Source: Octopus sinensis
Lineage: Eukaryota
DNA: 64,000 nucleotides
Direction: 5' to 3'
Assembly (NCBI RefSeq): GCF_006345805.1
Contig: NC_043001.1
Coordinates: 106,888,001-106,952,000 of the forward strand
Position 1 is the stretch's first letter. Each line of letters opens with the position of its first letter. Made by a program: the position numbers and the translations under genes. Shown here piece by piece: positions 13,410-24,992 of the stretch. The notes beneath the pieces are model-generated. The model did no database searches and was not told the origin of the DNA. It was given only the letters and a program-made list of their open reading frames with translations.

Positions 13410-13605
13410 CATATAAGTGACCAAAGTGTACGTACGACGCTGTATTTATATAAAAAGGAATGCATATATGGGTACAGGATGTCATCAACAGTAAACAACA
13501 TGAAATACGCAAACAAATGATTTCAATACGCAAACAACGAGAGAAACAAATGGAAAACAGGACAAGTAACATAAAGAACGACCCTTCATCAGTTGTCGGC
13601 TGATA
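13410..13605 (-). mobile_element. P2-related repeat
   Basis: atatgggtacaggatgtcatcaac..aacaacgagagaaacaaatggaa..acccttcatcagttgtcggctg. Homologous to 17548-17700. Confidence 0.5.
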
Positions 13606-13733
13606 ATAATTACATTCTAAGTCGACTCGATAAAGATTACTTTCTTGCCATTTCTGATGACTTGGAACTTTTGCTGCAAAGTTTATATAAAATGTCTTTT
13701 TCCATTTAAAATGAAATACAGAATCATAACAAT

Positions 13734-13775
<42 letters not shown>

Positions 13776-13879
13776 GATTTTAGAATATCAAATATCTCTT
13801 TACTAGTAATTATATATGCATTTTTATAATTGATTACAGAGCAATTTTTGATGTAGATATATTTTAGCTAACATGAAAT

Positions 13880-14960
13880 GATACCATTTGATTGATACTA
13901 GCGAAAACAGATTTCAATTGCAGATTAATTCAGTTTGATATTGTAGAATACTATACGTACATTTCAAAGATCTGCTCTTGGATTATTTATAATTAGAGAA
14001 AATATAACCAATATAACTAATACTAGCAGTATCGCCCGGCGTTGCTCGGGTTTGTAAGGGAAATAACTATATAAGCATTTTTAGAGAGTTACTTCCCTTA
14101 TATAATAGCAAAAAATGCATTAAAAATGGGAAAAATTATGGTAATTTTTTTTTTAATCGTAGACTCATCGTAGACGCGCGCTAATACCCAGAAGGGCTCG
14201 ATATGAATCACGACTATAAGATACCCGCTTTTGGTTAAACTGCACCGCAAAATGTGGAAGTAGTTAGGAATCTAAATCGTAGGAGACAGACACACAACTT
14301 CACTTTTATATATAAAGATAACCAACATTGATATTTATATGATGAAGTCGCAAGGATGTCGTATATATTTTATGACACGTTCTTCTTGGTTAAGAAAACA
14401 AAAACATAGAAATTAACTTTACGGCGTCTCAATGGATCGCTACGACAAGGGAGAGACTTCAGACATGGTCAGACTGAACAAGAGAACATAGTCCACTTGT
14501 ATAGGACTTTAGAGATTACGGAACGGCCGTAACCCAGAATATGATCGGACATGGCATGGAGTTAAAAAAAACGATAATTAACATTTTTGAAGAAGTCATT
14601 TACAAATTACACTTGACAAGGACAAACTTGAATATAGTAATTTTTAGTGGCTGTTCGATTAAATCTAAAGGCAAGCAACCGCCGTAAACCCAACTCATAA
14701 ATATAATATACAGAAATAAGAACTCCTACCAGTTACCCAGGATCATATAGCAGATTACAGACAATATTAGTAGATGTATATCTAGTATGTCATCTGACGG
14801 AGAAATATTTAATGCATCTATCCCATACTCAACTAGAACCCTATCTAGATGTGGTCTTGACGACATAGATACAGCAATATATACAGCAACCTGTATCAAA
14901 TATGACTAAATGTAAAAAACAGAAAAGTAATTTCACGTAACCCTCCCATAATTTTAAATG
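13880..14960 (+). pseudogene. Decayed Penelope-like reverse transcriptase, interrupted by a Helitron
   Basis: In-frame relics IQFDIVEYY (13928-13954; PLE RT motif like FDIVEFYPSI) and QITDNISRCISSMSSDGEIFNASIPY (14751-14828). Many stops and frameshifts. Confidence 0.7.
14023..14318 (-). mobile_element. Short non-autonomous Helitron (296 bp)
   Basis: On the minus strand: A|TCTTTATATATAAAAG...cccgagcaacgccggg hairpin...CTAG|T. This gives 5'-TC, 3'-CTAG, an AT target and no TSD. Confidence 0.85.
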
Positions 14961-15521
14961 TATCGACAAATGATGTAGGAGCTTTTCTAATTCAGAATTA
15001 TGATTGGAGTGATCAAGAGGACTAGGTGAGAGAAGAAACGGTGGAGGAGGTTAGGAGCTAGATAAGAAGGTGATTATGTGTGGGAACTGAGAGAGAAGTG
15101 GTTGGTTGTGAATGTGCAAGTATAAGAGTATGTCTGTATTTAGGGGTGACATATGAGTGAATGGGGTGTGCATGTGTGTAAAAGTGTGCAAGTTCAGGAG
15201 CATAGTGGCGTTAGTTTGGGAGTATGAGGTGTTGGTATGTGTATGTTAAGAATGTGTTAGGAAACCGTGCAAGTGAGGTGAGAGAGTATGCAAGTGTAAG
15301 GCAAGAGGAAAGACAATAGGAATCTGATGAGAACGATTAAAGTATGTGCAACAGTATGGATGTGAGCTGCTGTTACATGGAAGGAAGGTATGAACAAGAG
15401 AGGCGAAAGAGAGACAAAATTCAGGCAGAGGAAAAAATTCAAGGCAAAAGATGATTGAGAAAAAAATATAGTAACATTCAACTACAATGCAATACGCAGA
15501 TCAATAAATGGCAGCGATAGA

Positions 15522-16102
15522 AATTCTTTTCTACTCTAGGCACAAGGCCCGAAATTTTGGGGGAGGGGTTCAGTCGATTAGATCGACCCAGTACGCAACT
15601 GGTACTTAATTTATCGACTCCGAAAGGATGAAAGGCATAGTCAACCTCGGCGGAATTTGAACTCAGAACGTAGAGACAGACGAAATACCTATTTCTTTAT
15701 TGTCCACAAGGGGCTAAACACAGAGGGGACAAACAAAGACAGACATAGGTATTAAGTCGATTATATCGACCCCAGTGCGTAACTGGTACTTAATTTATCG
15801 ACCCTGAACGGATGAAAGGCAAAGTCGACCTCGGTGGAATTTGAACTCAACGTAACGGCAAACGAAATACCTATTTCTTTACTACCCACAAGGGGCTAAA
15901 CACAGAGGGGACATATAAGGACAGACAAACAGATTAAGTCGATTACATCGACCCCAGTGCGTAACTGGTACTTATTTAATCGACCCCGAAAGGATGAAAG
16001 GCAAAGTCAACCTCAGCGGAATTTGAACTCAGAACGTAACGGCAGACGAAATACCGCTAAGCATTTCGCCCGGCGTGCCAAAGCCTCCGCCAGCTCGCCG
16101 CC
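15522..16102 (-). mobile_element. Head-to-tail trimer of SINE family B
   Basis: Three units of about 182-184 bp with the junction gaaatacc|tatttcttta at 15689 and 15871. Only the 5'-most unit keeps the full head. Confidence 0.9.
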
Positions 16103-16978
16103 AGGCAGAGAGAAAAATTTACGAGTTCTATGAGAGAAAAGTTACTTAAAAATTACTCAATACAAGTGAAAAATGCACAAGGTTGGAAGGAGTGTTCTAA
16201 GGATGGTGCGGCACTGATAAAATAACTTCGGTAAAGTACAATAACTTCGGTAAAGTACATGGAAAGGTAAGTGGAATATGATAGATGTGTGTGCACATAT
16301 TTGCTCATCAGAGATCAAAGAAAAATATGTTAGCAGCTCGTTTATTTCACGTTGGTGTTATATGGTGGGTTATATCATATAACTTTTTTTATTCCTTTGC
16401 AATACAGGCAGATGTTCACCTTCGGAAAGTTCATAATTGTCTCTACATGCCGATAATCTCGCTGTACTCTGCAGCCTCAGTTCAATACGGTTTCGACTGG
16501 AGATAAAGAGTATATTTCTTTGCTAATGTTGTTGGTTTCAATTTTGTGTGCCTTGATTCGAGCAAATCTATAATCAGAATCCTCACATCTTCCTTTTTTT
16601 TTTACCTATCTTTGACTACATAGTCTATGTATTTATTTAAGCATTTTTCTCTTATTTCTAGCAGGTTGAGTGATGACGTAGAGACTTCTCCATTAGCAGG
16701 GTTTATCTGGTTCTATAATTGGATAGTGTTTGTATTTTGTTTGGTTTGCTTTTGTTGCAGTTGTTGTCTTGAAAGGCTCTTATAACCCAGAGAGTAAGTT
16801 AGGTATAACATCCTGAAAGTGTAACTATGTCGAGTCAACCTGGACTGTCATTATTTTAGGCTCATTGGTATGTACGGTTAGTTGTGAAGTCAAGCATACG
16901 AAATCTTTTTCCCACCCTTTTTTCCACTTTTTCTCTTTTTTTCAAATTTGCCGAAGATGACAGCACAACCACGAATTG

Positions 16979-16991
16979 TAGTAGTAGTAGT

Positions 16992-17051
<60 letters not shown>
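16979..17051. repeat. (TAG)n microsatellite
   Basis: Directly visible. Confidence 0.95.
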
Positions 17052-17053
<2 letters not shown>

Positions 17054-17547
17054 TTTAATGATATTGACCAAGAATTAATTCTGAAGTGGAGAAAAGAGAG
17101 GGAAAATCTGTATCAACTCAAGAGCTTTGATCAAATAATCGTTGATAATAAGATAGTTGTTGATAGACGTCTACACACTGATGAAGCGGCGCCAAGAAGC
17201 TCCTCTATATTAATAAAGATGTGTTCCTGAACAGCTGGGAAGAGTTGTATTAGAAGCGGTGTATGTGTACATAAGCGAATGTCTGTCGATATGTATTGGT
17301 ATATACATGTGCGTTTTGGTGGCCGTGTATATATTTGTATGTCTAATCGCTATGTATTTGCATGTGTGTGAGTATGAGTGCGCGTATTAACGATAAATCT
17401 TTGCGATTGTGTATGCATATATGTGATTCTGTGCATACACACACACATATACATACATACATACATACATACATACATACATACATACATACATACATAC
17501 ATACATACATACATACATACATACATACTTATATACATATATATATA

Positions 17548-17700
17548 TATGGGTACAGGACGTCACCAATAGTAAAGAACATGAAATACGAAAACAAATG
17601 AGTTCAATACGCAAACAACGAGAGAAACAAATGGAATACAGTACAGGTAACATAAAGATCGACCCTTCATTAGTTGTTGGCTGTCTATCTACTCCTCCTC
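17548..17700 (-). mobile_element. P2-related repeat
   Basis: Homologous to 13410-13605. Confidence 0.5.
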
Positions 17701-19554
17701 TGGACAATAAAAGAGCTGTAGTGGAAATCAAAGGAGATTATTAATACTTATTGTGTGGGCTTCAATTACTCAGGAGCTTAAGAGATACTGTGTCCCTGTA
17801 TACGAATATGGCGAGTAATAAAATTATATGCTGTAGTTACTGGGAAAATGTTACATCCTAATTAAGAAGCCCGATTACAGAACAAATGGCGTGGCATTTC
17901 AAGACGTTGGGATCACAGGAAGAGTTCCATCAGGAGTGAACTCCTTTTGACCATCAGAAAATTCTATTACAAAATAATTATTAGCTTAACATGCAGTTTA
18001 CGGTCGTAAAAAAATAAAGAAGATTGTTCTAAAAAGTAAATTACTATAGAAACCAGAAGTTACGACAATGACATCCCAAAATTTTATTTAAAAGACTCTA
18101 AAAAACTCTCTCATAATGCCGCATCCACGGGCATTTATATTTATAGAACTTTCTTGTGATATGTTAAGTATCAGCTGAGCTAAACGGTTCCAGTGTGCTT
18201 TACTCTACAACGAACATCATTGAGAAGTATGACTGTTTTCATCATATATAAAATACATGTACGGCTTTCATGCTATATGAAATATATGTACATTCTATAC
18301 TTTGGTTATGTCACATACATTGTTTACATGAAATCATAAGATGTCATTGTCAATTACATTATTTTTAGGACAATTTACTTTTACATTTTTACGATCGTAA
18401 ACTGCATTTCAACTGATTTTTAATCGCCTCTCCTTATTTTTCACTGAAGCTACCCACGAATGCCATGAATCAGTAACAATTTTATCTACCCATTTTTTTT
18501 CTTTTTTAATTTTTGCTCTGTGACAACTTGAATAATACCTCACGATTAATTCCCAAGTAGATTAATCTCGATTCAGCACTGATCCAGTTGACCTATAATC
18601 AAATGCATTCCAACTGAAACTATCCATCATTTCTATGTACATTGCGTCTAGAAATACATTATTGAATGAATGTGCTCTTTTTCTTTAAACTGTAAGATTG
18701 TGATTCGGGGGATATTTAGCCCGTATTTCTGGCAGACGAGTGACCACGTAGAGGCTTAAAAGCTTTCTTGTTCAAATGCATGTATATCAGCGTATATGTA
18801 CATGTATGTGTACATGTATATGTTGCTACTGATAACCACGCAAACCAGTACAACCTATTCATAGCCGGGCCTTCGGTAACTAAACCTACAATTCCACCAA
18901 CTTGAAAGAGGAGAGCAATTTTTTGACACCCGACACGATAAGAAACAAAAACTGTCGAAGAGCGAATGAACTCATGAAATTCAACAGCTTTTCTAAAGCG
19001 TATATATAAACATGCTCGCATTTATGTGCATTTAGCTGTATATATAAATCCAAATGAGAGCAGGAGACTCTCACTTGAACTTCCGGTATTATACTATGTA
19101 TTTTGCCTGTTTTTACTTGTTGCCAGTTTAACGATCCGGATATCATGCATACATGCACGCACACATTCAGCCATTCGACCGCTGTATCTGCTGTAAAGTT
19201 ACTTCTCCTGAATAGCTGTGCTAACCACTACACCAAAGGGCAATTAAAACTTGAACTGTTCAAATTAGAAGACTTAATCTAAGAAGATTATACATACTAG
19301 CACCCTTTCAACAAGGGTTTCAGTCGCCATAGTATATATGTATGCATGTATATATGTATGTATATACGTAAATACGTTTCTATACAACAGATTTTGATCA
19401 TATGTCTGTTCGATCAGGCTAACATTGGATTAATCGACATTAACAACAGCCACAAATTCAGTTCATCCTATTGTCGGGTAAATAACAGACACCAGCTCTT
19501 ATCGTATATTACTTTTAACTACCAGCAGGCTTTGGACAATGTTGTGTTATATAC

Positions 19555-19738
19555 AAAAGACGCGACAATCAACGTTCTAAGTTCAAATTCCACCTAGGTC
19601 GACTTTGTTCGTCACCACTTCAGGGTTGATGAAATAAGTGCCAGATGTGCACTGGGGTCGATGTAATCGAGTAGCCTCTTTCCCCAAACTTTCAGGCCTT
19701 GTGCCTATCATAGAAAGGATTATTATTATTATTATTAT
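19555..19738 (+). mobile_element. SINE family B
   Basis: acgttctaagttcaaattccacctaggtcgacttt..gataaataagt..ctggggtcgatgtaatcga..tttcaggccttgtgcctatcatagaaaggattattatt. Confidence 0.8.
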
Positions 19739-20267
19739 CACTACTACCTCCACCATAATTACTATGTCTACTACCGCTATTATTCTCACCATTGCCACCA
19801 CCATCACTGATATTACTATCAGAACCGTTCGTGCAAACACTTTTCTACACCAACAATAATACAGGCAGGCATTAAAATATAAATAAAAACATTAAAATAA
19901 TTGTTTATATTGCACACATTTGTGTTTTCTTTGAAAGCATTTTTGTGGTAGAACTCAACACCTACTTATTATTTCAGTGAACACCGAGCGTAAGTCTCAT
20001 AAGGCTAAGCTGTTTATGGATACAATATTTTCATAACTTCATAAACATAGTATATTTCACAGAAACATGTCAAAACATACATTGAAAACGAAGACCAAAG
20101 AAATATAATTAAGAATAAAGATAAAGATTAAAAAAAAACAGCTCTATAAAAAAAATCCTTCCTTCTTTCCCTAATTTCCTGATTATTTTCTCTCAACGCC
20201 TCGCACCAAAAGTAGTATTTACAAATTACTGGCTTGTTATATACATGTATACATACATATATACATA

Positions 20268-20314
<47 letters not shown>

Positions 20315-20641
20315 ATACATAAATACATACATACGTATGTATATATATATATATAAACAATCTGCACGCACACTCACGCACACATGCACACACACACACA
20401 CACACACATACACATATAAGCATATATAAGGTTCGTCGTGATAAGAGTTATTGCGCCCCAGTTCACACGTCATCTCATATTTATTAGTTCCTTAAACGAC
20501 CGAAGTTTACCTACAGAAAGTGTTTAGAGGTTTTTGCGTGTGGCCTTTGTCTCGCTCTACATCGTTGTTCGCCAAACCGATTTTATGATAAACAGTTTGA
20601 TTTTACCAGAAATTTCCCCTTCCTTCTCTCTCCTTCTCTCA

Positions 20642-20703
<62 letters not shown>

Positions 20704-21296
20704 TTCACTCAAGCTCTCATTTTCACTCCCTTTGGTCAGCATATTAATTTGTTCTTTCTCATGGGGTCCCAATAAGTACATATTTATATTATTATATTGA
20801 ATGGCTCGACATTTTATCCTTTGCTGTTGTTTTTCCCAGTGATAGCTGGTTAAGGCCATACATACATACATACATACATACATACATACATACATACATA
20901 CATACATACTTATATACATACATACATACATACATACATACATACATACATACATGCATGCATACATACATGCATACATACATACATACATACATGTGTG
21001 TGTGTGTGTGTTTGCGTGTGCGCGCTTGTGTTTCAGTAATTATTTATACAAAAATCCTGAAATTGTTGTTGTTGTTGTATGACCCTAAGAGATCTCAGAG
21101 AATTCGGTAAAATCAGTTTAAGTATCGAGATCTTTGTTCTTTATCTGGAAGTGAGGAAGAGAGAGAAATGGGTACTGTCTCTAGGATTGGAGATGCACTA
21201 TCATAAGTGTCATCAGATACTATATTTTGATCAAATTAAGTTGGTGTATAAGGAAAGACATTCTAAACATAATCATCTGATTAATTTTATTTTTAG

Positions 21297-21374
21297 ACAT
21301 AATTTATCTTGGACTACCAAACATGGGCACCTCTTTTCGCGATACGGGCTACATGAAAATTTTTTTGTTATCAG
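21297..21374 (+). CDS. Candidate host exon (78 nt), product unknown
   Basis: Acceptor ttttatttttag|, donor cag|gtaagt, length divisible by 3, and two open frames (IIYLGLPNMGTSFRDTGYMKIFLLS or HNLSWTTKHGHLFSRYGLHENFFVI). No homology recognised. Confidence 0.3.
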
Positions 21375-21750
21375 GTAAGTCGTACTACTAAAATAATTAA
21401 AGGCAATTTTTCGTTACACATGCCATTCAGAAAGTCCCTTGGGCCGCAAGCTGCTCAGAACTGGAGCAGATACTTTTATAATTTCTTTCATTTTTTTAAG
21501 ACTGACAGTGTACAGTGGAATAGCAACTGTAATTTGAGGGAAATTTAGTTACTATTCCTAGCAGGATGAACGACCATGTAGAAGATCTATACGGCTCATT
21601 GATGCCTACCAGCAGTAACACCAATCTCTGGGAGGTTTTCCGCTTTAATCTATCATGTTCGCATGCAGAAAATTTCTGGGATGTACATTTCTGCCAATAT
21701 GTATACATGCATGCATGCATAATACATACATACATACATACATAACATAC

Positions 21751-21826
<76 letters not shown>

Positions 21827-22621
21827 ATATATTATAAATCTGAAATGCGAAAAGGTTGTTTGTTTGTTTGTCTGGTTTTGGCATTGAGAACGGGTTAAAG
21901 GCCACTAGATCCTGTCGGATTGACTCCAAAATTTACAGGGACGTGTAAAATGAGGTGAGGATGCTAGTGGGCTAGGTTATAAATTCCCATCTTAAAAGGT
22001 GTCGTTGCTAGGGCCAAAAACTCACTTTGACAAGTTTACTCTCATTCTTTTATGTATCTGTCTTCCTCCGTTACTCACTCTATTTCCTCCCTTCCCATCA
22101 CTTTCTATATATAACGTCGTTTAACAGCGTCTAACTCCCCTTCACTTTCTCTTTATAACGTCGTCAAACAGCGTTCTATATCTCCCCCTCCTCGCCTTCG
22201 ACAGCACTTTCACACACTCTCTCTCTCTCTACGTCTGTCTGCATTCATAGACAGAATTATCATCGCCACCACCACCACCACACAATCATGAGAACAAATA
22301 TTATGAATCAGATATTTATTGGGTTAATTTATATATGTGTGTGTGTGTGTGTGTGTGTTCTATATATGAATATGTATATATAATGTATATATACAAAGTG
22401 TATATATCTGTATTTATGTATATTAAACTTTTTAATATTTTTTGATAGTTATATATATTTTTCTTAAAAATTATAAATATAAATTAATAATTTTAATTTT
22501 AAATTTAAATAATTTAAATTTTTTAATTTTATATATTTTGTATATTATATTTTTATTTTTATGTTTTGGTTTATGTTTTTCACTGTTTGATTTGCCTAAT
22601 AGTGGTTTTATCTCTAATTTA

Positions 22622-22676
<55 letters not shown>

Positions 22677-22730
22677 GTATACATTTGTATATATAATGCG
22701 TACACACACACACACATATATATATAATGC

Positions 22731-22768
<38 letters not shown>

Positions 22769-23571
22769 TATATATAATGTGTGCATTATGTGGTCGGTTG
22801 TGCTGAAAATATGCACATCTATGTTAAAAGTGCTGGCGAGTTTGCATGACAACTATTTTTACCCTGAAATGAAAGGCGTGACCTCTAGGACAAAATTCCT
22901 CATCTTATAAAATGTGACCCGAGTAGACCCGAATGAAATCGGGATATATTAACCAAAATGTGAAAAGAGGTCTAAATGGGGCTTGAAGGGGATTAAAATT
23001 TAAAGGAGCGGGTGTTTAGGAATTCTCTGTTACATGAAGCTAAAAAATTTGCGCCAGCCTTTAAATCGTCAATGTGTTGCTGTCCACGATGAAGAAATTT
23101 TGAATGCTTGCCATGGTGAGTCTACTGACGTGAGAAAGAATCACTTCAAAGCTTGGTGTTTAGGAATTTTCTTTTACACCAAGTTCAAAATTTTACGCCA
23201 GCCGTTAAACTGCCACTATGTTACTGTCCGTCGTTAAGAAATGCCAGCCATGGTGACTCTACTATCCTCAGATTCTATCCTTTCAAACTTTGGTTTCCAA
23301 TATTTTTTTTTTTATTCAGCTCGCAAGTTCGTCTGTCCCCTTTAAATGTTAGTATTTTGCTTTCTGCCTTGAAGCAGACCTTTCCGTTGTCACTGCCTGA
23401 TATTTATGATTGACCTTTCAAACTACTTTCTTTCTCATATTACTCAAGATCTTCTGTTGTTTATAAATGGGTGAGAGATTGATAGAGAAAGAGAGGGAGA
23501 GTCCGAGAGAAAGGAAGAGTAAGAGAGTGGGAAAGGGAGAGAGAAAGGAGAGAGAAACAAAGAGGGAGAAT

Positions 23572-23905
23572 CATCATCATCATCATCGTTTAACGTCCGT
23601 TTTCCGTACTAGCATGGGTTGGACGGTTTGACCGGTGTCTGGGAAGCCAGGAGGCTGCACCAGGCTCCAGTCTGATCTGGCAGTGTTTCTACAGGTGGAT
23701 GCCCTTCCTAACGCCAACCACTCCGTGATTGTAGTGGGTGCTTTTTTCGTGCCACCGGCACAGGTGCCACGGGGGGAGGGGCACTGGCAGCGGCCACGAT
23801 CGGTTGGAGCTTTTTACGTGCCACCGGCACAGACGCAAGTCAAGGCGGCGCTGTCATCGGCCACGTTCGGATGGTGCTTTTTACGTGCCGAAAGCATGCA
23901 ACAGA
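23572..23905 (-). mobile_element. SINE with V-domain-like core, RTE-like (GAT)n tail and internal ~60-bp repeats
   Basis: Reverse complement contains ggttggcgttaggaagggcatccacctgtagaaac and ends ggaaaacggacgttaaacgatgatgatg. Three internal tgctttttt.cgtgcc units. Confidence 0.7.
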
Positions 23906-23954
23906 AAATAACAACCACACTCTTACCCGCGCGTAGGCGGGTCACCTTAAGCTA

Positions 23955-24050
<96 letters not shown>

Positions 24051-24094
24051 TATATATATATATATATATATCTATATATATATATATACATATA

Positions 24095-24288
24095 TATAAT
24101 CCCTGAACATTAATTTTCTCTCTCCATTCTTTTCGTTTTCTCACCTTTTTCCCTTTTCAATCCTTTCTGTCGAAGAGCGTAGGCTCGAAACGCCAAAGAC
24201 TTTCCCTTTCTTTCCGAGCGTAATACTAATACACCTGCCTTGTTGATCCTTCACCTGTCTTCGTCTTTTGTTTTCTGTAAATTTGAAC

Positions 24289-24290
<2 letters not shown>
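24095..24290 (+). mobile_element. Penelope-derived repeat P1 with hammerhead-like motif
   Basis: cttt-CTGTCGA-a-GAGC-gtag-GCTC-GAAAC-gcc-aaag at 24163-24198. Same family as 33390-33545 and 36125-36725. Confidence 0.7.
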
Positions 24291-24340
<50 letters not shown>

Positions 24341-24406
24341 AACACACACATATATATATATATACATATATATACATACATATATACATATATATAATAT
24401 ATATAC

Positions 24407-24477
<71 letters not shown>

Positions 24478-24489
24478 TAATATATATAT

Positions 24490-24763
24490 ACAAAATAATA
24501 ATATCGATAATATATAAATATATGCATATATACATACATATATGTACATACCTACATATATATGTATATATACATGCATATATGGGTACAGGACATCAAA
24601 AAAATGTTGAACACAATGAGAAACGAAAACATAAAAACAAAAACATAGAAACGAACATTTTTTCGAGCAACGAAAAAAACAGAGAAACGAGACATACAAC
24701 ATAAAGAATATTCCCCTTCTTCAGTTGTCCCTGTTACATCTACTCCGAGTTTCGAGGGTAAGG

Positions 24764-24765
<2 letters not shown>
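24490..24765 (-). mobile_element. Repeat P2
   Basis: High identity to 10540-10790. Confidence 0.65.
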
Positions 24766-24828
<63 letters not shown>

Positions 24829-24948
24829 TAATATTAGCAGAAGTAACAGAGTGACTCAAGGTCTGAGAGTTTCTTGCTTTTAGCACTTATCTTATTATAT
24901 ATATCAGTTTATACACTCGGTACACGCGCTCGCACGAACGCAGACACA

Positions 24949-24992
<44 letters not shown>

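Noticed and set aside
15522-16102. CRISPR-like array
   Set aside because: Units are 180-bp SINE copies without unique spacers, and the context is eukaryotic.
16221-16258. Perfect 19-bp tandem duplication
   Set aside because: Ordinary local slippage duplication with no further structure.
16409-16506. Exon after a strong acceptor (ttcctttgcaatacag)
   Set aside because: All three frames reach stops within 33 codons, with no convincing donor and no recognisable peptide.
18952-18985. P1-like hammerhead CTGTCGA-a-GAG..CTC-at-GAAAT
   Set aside because: Extra bases before GAAA, no stem I or III, and the flanks do not match P1.
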